A stretch of DNA of 64,000 nucleotides, taken from Anolis carolinensis. Lineage: Eukaryota. Each line of letters opens with the position of its first letter. Position 1 is the first letter of the stretch. The stretch spans positions 100,797,574 through 100,861,573 of the forward strand of contig NC_085841.1 in NCBI RefSeq assembly GCF_035594765.1, in the 5' to 3' direction. The notes under the pieces were generated by a model. It did no database searches. It was not told the origin of the DNA and was given only the letters and a program-made list of their open reading frames with translations. Of this stretch, positions 27,201 to 39,562 are shown in pieces. A program made the position numbers and the translations under genes.

Positions 27201-30200
27201 GCAGCTCATTTCCTAGCATCCCAACAAGAACAATCGATTAAATATCCTGGCATCCTCCATCCCTGGTCTAAATCACTGTTCATCAATACAATTCGGTGAT
27301 ATGGTCTGGAACCCAACAAGAGGCAAGTAGGGTAGAACAAGTTTGCCAGAAGAAACCATTAGTCCTCCAGGTATTCTAGAGCAGATGTGTCAAACTCAAG
27401 GCCACAAGCCAAATCCAGCCTGCCACGTCATTTTATGTGGCCCTCCGAACATTGGACTACAACTCTTGTATTCCTCATCATGACTAGAGCTGATGGGAGG
27501 CATGATACAGTAACATCTGGGAGGCTGCAACTTGTTCTGTTTAGTCAGGATAGTGGGGTTTGAATTTAGATGCAAGGGTTGTGGGTATGATATCTGACTT
27601 TAAAATGTCCTTTAACTTTTTCCCAACCTCAGAGACACAAATGCTGTTAGGTTGCAAATCCCATTATCCCCAGTCTGCATGTCATAATACAAAGTGATGG
27701 GAGCGGTCATTCAATAACATCTCGGGACCCAAGTTGGATAAAAACTAGGTGTTGTTATTCAGACTGATGAAGATGGTGGGATTGGGATTCCAGAGCCTGG
27801 AGGGCCTGAGAGAGCAGTGGATGGTTCTTTCACTGAGGGAAATGGGGGGATTTCAGATCAAAATTCTGTCTGTGAGATGGGGCTTGAAAGTGAAACTGTC
27901 CAGCAGACAGGGAGAGACAGTGAATGGTTAGCAATTCCTGATAAAAGCCTGGAAGGCCAAGATAGCTCACCTGAGAGAGCAGGTGTATTCGACAGGGGTA
28001 TCAGGCTGGATCTTAGGGAGAAAAACATCAAGCTCAGGAAATCCAAAAGGCTCATTGAGAAGGAAGAGCAGAGAAAGTCTCACAAGCCAGAAAGTCAAAG
28101 TCAACGAAATGCCTTCATGTTTTGCGGCCCTTAAATTAGAGTCTCTTTGAGACTTCAGATCAGGCAACACTGCTAGTTAGCGAGGATCTCAAGTCCTATT
28201 TCCAGTTCATGTTTTAGCTTAAGTTCTTGGTTTTTCTGGATTCATGTTCATGTTTTGATTCTTGTTACCCTGGATTTACACTCATGTTGAGACTCTTGTT
28301 TTCCTGTACCTTTTGGATTATTTTGATTATTACCTTTAAAGCGTTTTACTCCTCACCAGCTTGGTTGGGCTGTTTATTTATTGACTTTCTTTTCTGATTA
28401 CATGTTGGATTTTGTCTTTCTTATCCCTTTTGGTGATTTTCCCTTTTGATATGTACTTTCTTCAATAAACTGTTTTATGACTGCTTTTGGAGTCCTGATT
28501 GGTGATAAGGGCAAGGTGAACTCTGGCTGATGTATAACACTAAGGAGCACTAACCAGTATGAAAAAAAATTGTTGGCCTCTGTATCCACAGATTCTCCAT
28601 CCATGGATTCAACAACCCTTTGAATGCAACCATAAGGCTGATGTGGCCCTTGATTACCTTGACCCATCTGTTCTAGGGGAAAGCAGGTTAGCTCATTTTA
28701 CCAGTTCCCTCAGCATGTTAATCTAGAGAGTTAAAAAAGTATATGGTACTTATGCAAGATTTACCTGACTAGTTGTTTCATTTCACATGTTTGCTGAAAC
28801 ATGTTGAACTGCTCTCTGTTCTTCTTTTTCTGTGGGATAGGAACCTATCTCTATTTTCTCCTTGTCATTGCTGCTTTTAGTACCAAATTTTCTGATAAAG
28901 AAGTAATGCTTAGGAACACAGCTAACTGAGGCATACCTGGTCAATACCTGACTTAAAATGTAAACATGCTTTGTTTTGTCCTCCTTTCCTCAAAAATATT
29001 GGTTTCAATTGTTCATCTGAAATCTTGCAATAGAATAGAATAGAATAGAACCAGTTCCAAAAACAAGGAAGACACTACTAACCAATCCATCCAGTTCCTC
29101 CCCAGTCTGCGCTAAGATGGTCAGAAGAACAGAAGTAATCAAAGCAGTCTGGTGGACTTCCTAGCTGAACAAAGCTGAAAATGTATGAAATAATGTCGTG
29201 AAAAGCTGCCACAAGTTGAAGGGTTTGCTTCAGGGCTCTGTACCCAGTCTATGGAAAAAAGTTTACAAAAAAGGGAGATTTTTCTTTTTTAAAAGCAAGT
29301 ACAAAACATCAAAACAAGTCAAAAACTTACTGGTTTGAGAGATTTTCCCCTACACACATGCCAACATCTACCTAATTATATTGAATCATACAGGAGGATA
29401 CATCAGAAGAGAAGAACTATCTGCAACTGAACTAACCAAAGTAAAGCAGCCTGATTTGTGGTGGGTCTCCACTCCTGCTTTAACCTGCTTCGCTACAGCC
29501 CATACTGTTCAGAAGAATCCCCTAGATCTGCAGAAAGTGATTGGGGAAACACGGAAAGAGGCAGCCATGCTCATTGTGTAAGCGGTTTTCTTCACATGTG
29601 ACCTTTAGATTCAACCTAGTCTACCTTTGTATGGGGTTTTAACTGAAAATCCAATTGGAAATATTTTGGCCAAAAAGGAGGGTACAGACTAAGAATCCCC
29701 TATCTGGAATTCCAAAATCCGAAATTATCCATGTGAGTAGCTGAGATAGTGACACTTTCGCTTTCATATAGGTCAATGTATATAAAATTTGTCTCATGCA
29801 CAAAATTATTTTAAAATACTATGTATAAGGTTATCTTCAGGATATGTGTAGAAACATAAACACATTTTGATGTTTAGATTTGGGCCCCACTTCCAGGATC
29901 TCATTGAGTATATGCAAGTATTTAAAAATCTGAAATACTGAACAGTTGCAGTCTCAAGCATTTCAGATAAAGGATATTCAACAGGAACTTACTGATATGA
30001 ATCAACTGATCAATCAGTCCTAAGAATCTGCAAAAATGTCTGGTTTATTGTCATCACCATTAAAGGTAATCTTCAACATTTATCATCCATCATTGGAGGC
30101 ATCACTTATATTTTCCACTACAGGTATTGAAATGATTGCACCTACATTTTTCTCAGTGGTTCTCAACCTGTGGGTCCCCAGGTGTTTTGGCCTACAACTC

Positions 30201-33200
30201 CCAGAAATCCCAGCCAGTTTACCAGCTGTTAGGATTTCTGGGAGTTGAAAACCAAAACATCTGGGAACCCACAGGTTGAGAACCACTGATCTTGCTTATA
30301 CATTCAGTTGTGCGTTATAATTTACCCACACCTTTATGCAGTTTCAATCATACAGCATTGAATATATCTTCATTGTGTGCCTTCAAGAAACCATTACCAG
30401 ATAAATCTATATAGCTCAGGAAACAAAACTATTCATCAGGATGATGAATGTATAGCCCTCCAGATGTTGTTGGACTTTAAGTCCCAGTGTTCCTCAACAC
30501 TGACTATACTTACTAGGACTTATGAGACTTGTTGCAGTCCAAGAACATTTGGAGGTCCACACTTTGCTCACCTTTGCTTTAAGTATACTGACCTTCTGTG
30601 GTAGCATTCTGAAGAGAGATAGAACTTCTGATGGGTGAGGAATGAACCACAGATTCAAGAAGGATCGTCCATCAGAGGACAGCAAGCAGCGGGGCCGTGG
30701 CTGGAATGACCTGAATTGTCACATGAGGAAGATGAATGACATGGGTAATAATCAAATCACACAGTTCTGTGGCACCCAAGGTTCATATGACTGCCATTGT
30801 TGCACACTCAACTATTTCTCATTTTCTGTAAGCAATACATATGAGTAATACAGATTTTTTTTTTCGTGTCAGGAGCAACTTGAGTTGCTTCTGGAGTGAG
30901 AGAATTGGCCGTCTGCAAGGACGTTGCCCAGGGGACGCCCGGATGTATTTTGATGTTTTTACCATCCTTGTGGGAGGCTTCTCTCACGTCCCCGCATGGA
31001 GCTGGAGCTGATAGAGGGAGCTCATCTGCGCTCTCCCCGGGTGGGATTCGAACCTGGCAGCCTTCAGGTTAGCAACCCAGTAATATAGATAGATTAATAT
31101 GACAATTATTCCTATTCCTGTCATGATAATTTGTGTACCACAGATGAGCCTAACTGCCCCACATCATAAGAATAAAAATAGCAAAGTTCTGGGGAGATCT
31201 GATGCTGCAGAAGAGTAGAAACTGAGTAAACATAGAAATGATTATTACAGGCAGTCCCCAGGTTACAAACATCTGACTTACAAATGGCTCATAGTTAAGA
31301 ATGAGGGTGAGACAACAGGAAGTGAGAGAAATCTACCGCTCGGAAGGGAAATTCGCTCCTGGAAAAGCTGTTATCATGGGGGAAAAGTGTCTCAATTGAA
31401 GCTTTTTTCACCAATCCACAACAAGACAAATTTTTCAAATTCCAATTATCACAGAGACAGAAACTGAGGTGAAATATTCTGAACAGGGGAACAGACAGCA
31501 AAAAAAAATGCTGCAGGAGTGTTAACCCTTCCTTATGCTATCCAAATATTTTTTTGTGTGTCTCAGGAACAACTTGAGAACAGTCATTTCTGGTGTGAGA
31601 GAAGTGGCTGTCGATAGAGATGTTGCCCAGGAGATGCCCGGATGTGTTAGCTGGGATGCTTCTCTCATGTAAACCTATCTTGTTCATAAACCTGTCTTGT
31701 TTGTAACTTGGGGACAGCATGTACTTCAACAGGTGACTTCTGAAATAACCATAACTAGCTCTTGAGTTTTCCATAGAAAAATCAATATTGTTATGGCAAA
31801 AAGGGAGAGAAAGAATTGACCTCCCCTATGACCATCCTATTAGAGACATATTTGGTTCTTAAGGCTCATAAGAGCCCAGCTCATAAATCTCTGGTTTATC
31901 ACTGACAACAAACACAAGCAACAATTTCTCACATAATCCTTGGTCTCTGAAAACATGTATCATCATCATCATCATCATCATCATTTAATTACTTATTAAT
32001 CGCCCTCTATCCACGATGCTCTAGGCGATTTACAAGATAAAATTGTAAAGGATAAAAATACATACATACATACAAATATTGATAAAATTAACATAGATCA
32101 AAAGCTCTAGTAAAGAGCCAGGTCTTGAGTGCTAGGGTAAAAGGCCCTAACTCACGCATGGCTCTCATATAGGGCGGCAAGGCATTCCATAAGGCAGGGG
32201 CAGAAATAGAAAAAGCTCTGCGTATGGTCCTTTCCAGTTATGGCAGTTATGGTCTTGGAATAAGAAAGAGGAGGCCGAGTTTCACACCCCACTCATAAAG
32301 CAACATCTTATGGTGTGATGTCCCATGGCCCTCCGGGTCCTGACCCTGGCGCCATTATGGATCACAGCGATGAAGACATGGGATTTCTGCCGTTTCAGCA
32401 AGAGGCTGATGCCTTTTGTTGACAATTTTAGGCCGGAGCTCATTAAAAAAGACCTTGAACAGGCACCTATTCCCAGCACCTCTCCCCCCTTCGCGAGAAG
32501 GGAGTTTTGGGAGGCTAGCCGCTCAGAAAAAGCGCAAACACGGAAAAGCGCCCGATTAGCAGCCAGACAGAGTGTTAATTAGCTCGTTTCCCCTGAGAAT
32601 TTTCAGGGAGGATCGCATCTGGATGAAGATGTTGGTGCAGCTCTTTTCCCTTGGGAAAAGGAGCACTGGACACCTGCTTTGAAGGAAGATTTGAAGTTCT
32701 TTAAAAGTTCCCCGCACTGACTAGTCCTTGCGGAGTCAACAAGTCAGTTGAAGGATTAACTTCGGCTCCAGCCAAGTGTGGACTGCGTTTTAAGTCCGCT
32801 AACTTCCAGTCTCATCGTGCCTTGCCTTGTCGTGTTTCTTGTCTCACCTTGCTGTGTTTCCAGCCTTGCATCTTTGTGTCAAGAATCCAGTCTTGTCTTC
32901 AATTCCTTGCCTTGGACTTACTCTGAACTCTAGAAAATCTTGGACATTTTCCCCACTCAAACTGCTTGGAAGTTTGAGTGTGTTTTGGTTTGGATTATAA
33001 CTTTGAACTCTAATATTATATACTGGACAATATTTTGCTGGACTATATTTGACCTTCCCTGAAAGGTCTAAAGCTGAACTATATATTCTGCTTATTTTTG
33101 TTCTAATTTATTAATTACTTAATAAAGATATTAGACTGTTATTGGCCTCTGTGTATTGGTTTCCAGTGCTCCGCTGCCAGGGCGTGACATAAGGGTGGAT

Positions 33201-36200
33201 CATCCTTTTTTGGGATTGTTACAAAGGCCAAATGGCAAAAGAGTAGAAGACAGAAACATGTGGAATGACTTGAAAGAAAAACACAGGATATAAAGGGAAT
33301 AAAGATACAGATTGAGTCTCCCTCATCCAAAATATCTGTGATCAAACATTATTATTATTTTGTTGGCAGGGGGTTGGTAGGGTGGAATAAATGCATTTGT
33401 ATATAAATATATGTAGTGATTGAGGGATAGGGGAAAGGGGATTAGTATCTGGGAAGTCCACTTTTCACAGGGACGTGAGACCCAGAGTTCTCCCTTCTTG
33501 CCTCACTTCTCTTTCCCCGATCAAATTTCTGACAATGGCAGAGCAAGGAAGAAAAACTCAGCTGACACTGGACATGTAACTTGCCCCCTTTCCCCAAAGG
33601 TGGAAGTGGGTGGCTGGTGGCAAAATGTTCTGGGTTTTGAAGTTCTCAACCTGTATAATTATATAATATGTATTGATAGTAACAAAATAACATAAATACC
33701 AGAATAAACCAATGGTTAGCAAGACTAATCCTCTTCTTTCCAATTTACAAAACAAACAAGTGTGGAATCAGAAACAGCTTAAATTGGTTACAAACCTGGG
33801 GTCATCTCCAAGCTTTCCTTTTAATTCTGCCTCTCCTTTCTTCTCATGTGGCAACCCTATAATGAAGTATTTTGCTCTCACACTGGGGAAATCATTCAGC
33901 ATAGCTCTTATGCTATTGTAATAGGCAATGATCTGACTTCGAAGAGAGTACTGTGATATACGATGATTCAACCTAAATTATTCCAAAATGCAACATTAGC
34001 AAGATTTTATTTATTTACAACATTTCCACCCCACCTTTCTCAACCCCAGAAGGGAGTCAAGGCAGCTTTACATGTAGGCAACTATTCAATGTCTTAAAAC
34101 AATGTACGGTTAAAATCAACATTTAAAATAGAATTATATATACATTAAGACAATAAAAACATTTAAAACAATGCCTTCACAGTTAATCACATCCTACACA
34201 GTTAGAATTTTAGAAAAGAAAAGTGCCTGCCCTGCTCAATTATTGTTCTCTCTGAAATGTAAAATGGTAAAGCCTGATATACATACTAAATATTAGCAAA
34301 ATAATCTCACATTTTTGCATTCATCATATGTAGATACATTTTGAAATGAAAATAATTCTTTTCTTTATGTATGAATTACGATCACACTCATTTGAAAACT
34401 GATACCTGTAAGTGTTTCCAAGATGAAAACACCTTCACTGCTAAACTTGTTCTCAATATGCCAGAGATATTATATTTCCATGGGCCCTTCCAGACAGGCC
34501 CTATATCTCAGAATCTGATCCCAGGTTTTCTGTTTATCCCAGATTATCTGGCATATAATCCAGTTTAAAGCAGAAAACCTGGGATCAGATCCTGGGATAT
34601 AGGGCCTGTCTGGAAGCACCTCAGGTTCTGCTCTCTAGTCCAGATAACCTCTCAGTCACCCTTTCGCTTCCTCCATTTTCTTTGTAATGCACACACACAC
34701 ACTCTCACACACACACCCATACACAAACTCAACTCCAGAATAAAGGGTGCTTGTCTGACAGCTATAACTGCATTTTTTATTCCCTAAAATATTACTTTAG
34801 TCATACAGCAGCTTTCTTGATAAATTTTCATCTTAATGCAAATACAACCTCTTGCTTTTCAGATGGCATCCAATTAGCCAGATTGGATTAGATTAGTGAC
34901 TGCTCTCCCCACCCCATTGATCTGTTACAATACTTTAAGACACCATTCCTTAAACTGTGAGTCTAGTTGCCAAATAGGTCCCCTTCGCTCAATGTGGGGC
35001 TCTGGAAAAAACTGGCAACAGTAAATGTTTTCTGAACATTACCTAGTGGTTGTTTAGACACTTACATGAATCTGTTTGCAGTGTTTACAGTGGACTCTGC
35101 AGAATATTCTTCATACATAAAAGTGAAAATATGTTTGTATGTACTACGCATGTATTTTCCAGGATGGCTCCCACTTACAGAGAGCACTGTGAATCCCACC
35201 GGTGATGGATCTAGGCCAAACTTGGCACAAATACCAATCATGACCAACTTTAACAACTGGTGTGGTTTGAAGGCAATGACAGATGGTGATGGGAGTTGTA
35301 ATTTACCCATATCTTTATGCATTTTCTAATGGGAGCATTCATAAAATTCAAAAACTAACAATGACTATTTTTATAATATTTATCAGTTCAAAAGACCTAG
35401 CTCAGACATTGCCAGATACTTAAGCTAGTACTTCATAAAAAGGAAATTTGGTCTGTTTAAGAAGCCTTGAAAATGCTGATTTTGTTATCAGTAAATGTTT
35501 GATTTTCATACCTATTTTATATACCTATATCCCAGGGTCACCAAAAAAATTCTCAAGCCAAAAGGGGTTGCAAGTGGAAATGTTTAAGAAGCTCTGCTTT
35601 AAGATATCGAATGTTAAACTTATGTTTTTTGAAAAACTTATTGGTTTGTTTTCTTTGCCTCCATATGCTAGCTGCTTTGAAACTGTGCATCTCCTGGGCA
35701 AGTGGAGTGGGGATGTTTCTCCAGTACTAAATAAAGTACATTGCCTCACTCCTGATCCAGTGGACTGTCAGGTCTTAGCTTAAACTAAGAATGGGAGAAA
35801 AGGGTTTTGTATACAAAATTCTTGGGGAGATCACATTGTATATTTTTCATACAGTATACTTACTTATGGCAGTATTCAACAATAACTTCTCTTTTGACTT
35901 TTTCAGCTTCATCCTACAACAAATGTTGTTCTTTAAATAATATTTTGAAGCAATTTATACAAATGTAAATCAGATAAAGTATAAAAATGAAACATAGATG
36001 TACAAAACCACATTGGTGCCATTCAGGGAAGAGAATTCAATAAGAGTACATACGTTCAAATCAGTGGAACTTACAGGAGTTACAGCTGATAACTCTAATT
36101 CATTTAAATAGGTCTACTCTAGTTAGGACTAACACTGGATGTAGTCCAAAGTACTTTTATATAGAGAGAGCCAGTGTGATGTAGTGATTTGAGCACTGGA

Positions 36201-38725
36201 AATTTATACAAATTTCATTACTGTTCTGTTAATTTAAACCACAGTGGCGCAATGGGTTAAACCCTTGTGCCGGCTGAACAGCTAACCTGAAGGTTGGGTT
36301 GCTGACCTGAAAGTTGATGGTTCAAATCCGCAAGCTTGCGGGGACATGAGTGAAGCCTCTCAGCAGGATGGTAACACATCTGGAAGTCTCCCTGGGCAAC
36401 GTCTCTGTTGACGGCTAATTTTCTCACACCAGAAGCGACTTGCAGTATGTTCTCAAGTCGCTTCTGACACGATTAAAAAAAATAAACCACACAAACATGC
36501 ACACATTTGTTCTTGATAAGTTTTACACAGGTATAATGATACAATTATTTTGAAAGTGGAAGTTTTGTTCGCCCTCTAGATTTCACAAAAAGAGATTTGT
36601 GCAGATATTCAGATGTCACTGAGTGTTGGCAATACAGGCCAAGGATGCTGGGAGTTGCAGTCCACACAATTCCCATTCTTGTTTTTAACAGCTTAGAAGA
36701 CTGAAATTATTCCACAGAAATTATTCTAAAAACAATGTAATTTCTAAAAGAAAAACATTCCTGATGGACTTACTGTATTCTGCATCCTGCTTCCCAAGAT
36801 GTGCTTCTTTTGAATGAATGCATTTAGCATCACATCCCGTGGACCCTGTTTCTCCAACTGGATGGAAACAAAAGCTTCGTGGTTCCTGGAGAATAAATGA
36901 ATGACTGTCCTTGAGACAGAAATACTGGTGCTAGTCTGTTAAGAGACAAGCTGCACGAGTGAATAGCAAATATTTGTTCCACAATTAGGTTTCCTTTGTA
37001 CAATTGAGCTCTGCCCTGATTAAAGCTAAGAGTTTGTCACATTTCTCATCTCAGAAGCTGTGCATAATGAAAACATGCATGTGGCTACGTTTGGGATGTA
37101 GGAATTAAGGGAGGTGGCAAACAGGTAGTGGGTATTTTAGGATGTTGTGCAATAGGTAGAATCTTGGACAGTATTACTGAGTACTGTTTTAGAAAGTAAT
37201 GCCATTTCAGTACAGTTAAATAATTCATATTTAGGCTAACAACTGTTGCCTTATTCTACGTTTTCTGTATAGAAACTACACAACCAAGACTTTGCATCTC
37301 ACTATTTCTGGGGAAATCCACTGTGGCCCCTCAGATGTTCTTAGACGGCAGCTAAAAACATCTGAAGGCAGTGTCGATGGTGTAGGCCTTCTACTACCAC
37401 TGCCCTGCAGCAGAAAACAGTAAAGGCAAGAGACAGATGTGATTAACTAAGGTGGTAAGTTAAATTGCCATTCAGCTTATCAACCAGAAGGGAGGGGTAT
37501 GATAAACTGAAAAAGACTCCGCATAACTGGCTCAGCTTACTGAATTAATCTACACCCTGCAGCATTATGATGGAAATGTATTACAGGAACATCACCACCA
37601 CCACCACTATTACTTTATCATATGTATTTATATCCTGGCCTTTTCCCAATTTAGGAGTCAAGGTGACTTACAACAGCTAAGACAGAACAAAAATTCTCTG
37701 AATGTATGAAAGTCGTGATTTCCATGGGCTGTGATTTTGCGTGTATAGAGCAAGCATGGGCAAACTTCAGCTCTCCAGGCGTCTTGAACTTCAACTCCTA
37801 TGGAAGCTGAAGTTCAAAACACCTGGAGGGCCGAAGTTTGCCCTTGCCTGGTATGAAGTCTCTGACATTGATTTAGACAGTAATTCCATTTCACTAGCTT
37901 TAAATCATTAGTATTGGTGTTTAGAACTGTTGCCTTATTCTGAGTTTTTGGTATAGAAATTACATTTGCTGCAGAAGTCAAATGTGGCCCCTCAGATATT
38001 TGTAGACGGTAGTTCTCATAATTCCTCAACACGGATTATGCCGGGTAGAACTGAAGGAAGGCATAGGGAAGGCACTGCAAGAGGGCTACATTTGCTAGCC
38101 TTCACTTTGCCACTAAACAAGCTCCTTAAAATCTAATATTTCCATCTTTTCTTTGAAAGGCATGATGATTTTCATTAAAGTTTTTTCCTTTTATTTGCAG
38201 TGTCTTAGCTTCACAACCTCCCCAAAGCCACTTGCTGTGCTTAGAAACCAATGGACATTTAATTCACCAGAAGTCCAAATTTCTTCCACACAAACAAGTT
38301 GAATTATCAGTAAATTAGATACTATGGGACATGGAGGCAATCAAATATGTATCAGTGCAGTCCAAGCTTGGATTGATCAGTGTGCTTCCTGTAGTTAATA
38401 TAATTATCTACAACCATAGCAGCCCAACTGTTTGATTGACCTTTACCTCCAGCCCTGGCCCTATAATCTGCTTTTTGCACAAGCCTATGCCCAGCTCTAA
38501 TTTCTGCCCTTGCCCGCCTTATTCCTGACTCTGATTATTTAGGTTTGCTTTGATTCATTTTAATGTTGTTTTATACTCTGCTGTTTTTAATTGTTTAATT
38601 AAATTGCAATATGTTTGCTATGTTTTTAAATGTGTTTTTTGTTGCAATCTTTGTTATTGGGCTTGGTCCCGCTTGTGAGCCATCTCGAGTCCCTTTGGAG
38701 AAATGGTGGTGGGATATAAGAATAA

Positions 38726-38756
<31 letters not shown>

Positions 38757-39531
38757 TAATTACTGCTAAGAGAGTAAAAGTACTGAGTTTTTAAAATTAC
38801 CTCCTTAAATTATAGTGTCCAGCGATAATATGTCGAGTGAAATATGAACTCAGTGGTGTAGTAGCAAGCAACTGATCTTCTAGTTCATTTCCAGCTGTAG
38901 AATTCTTTCCAGTTGCTGAACTGCTCTGACTTCTCAGACTTAGAGCTCCTTCCTGAAACAGATGTATATACTTTCTTTTTACACAGGTTTATTACCTAAA
39001 ACAGATAATGAACTCTACTTATAACTGTAATAGACAGAAAGATAACCATGTATCTATCTAATTATGCAAGCCATGATTAAATAGCTAGCTGGCTTTATTT
39101 TTGACCGCTACGTTTTAAAACACATAAAGGTCGCTTCAATGTAAATTGTTCATGTCATATATTCACTGCTGTATATATAAACTTCAAATTAACACATTCA
39201 TCACCATATGAATATATTTTATACAAACTGATTCAGCCTGTCTCTGTATCCATTATCTGAGTAGTAAGAATCATGGAGCGGCAAGGGCCATCCATCCCCA
39301 CCCTACTGCCATGCAGGGATGCACAATCAAAACACTCCCAACAGATGGCCATCCAGCCCCTGCTTAAAACCTCCAGAGAAGGAAACTCCAACATGCTCCA
39401 AGGCAGCGTATTTCACTGCCAATCAGCTCTTACCACCAGAAAGCTCTTTCTAATGGTAAATAGACTCAAACTCTGCCTTAAATCCCCATTCACACAGGAA
39501 GGACACTAGTAGGTAACCTGAAGACAATCAA

Positions 39532-39562
<31 letters not shown>

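Noticed and set aside
28765-28891. Purine-rich segment bounded by plausible AG and GT sites between exons 22 and 23
   Set aside because: In the required phase it hits a stop after ~13 codons; at most a cryptic or poison exon, unsupported without RNA data.
36240-36335. tRNA-like A and B boxes
   Set aside because: Head of a tRNA-derived SINE; no complete cloverleaf.
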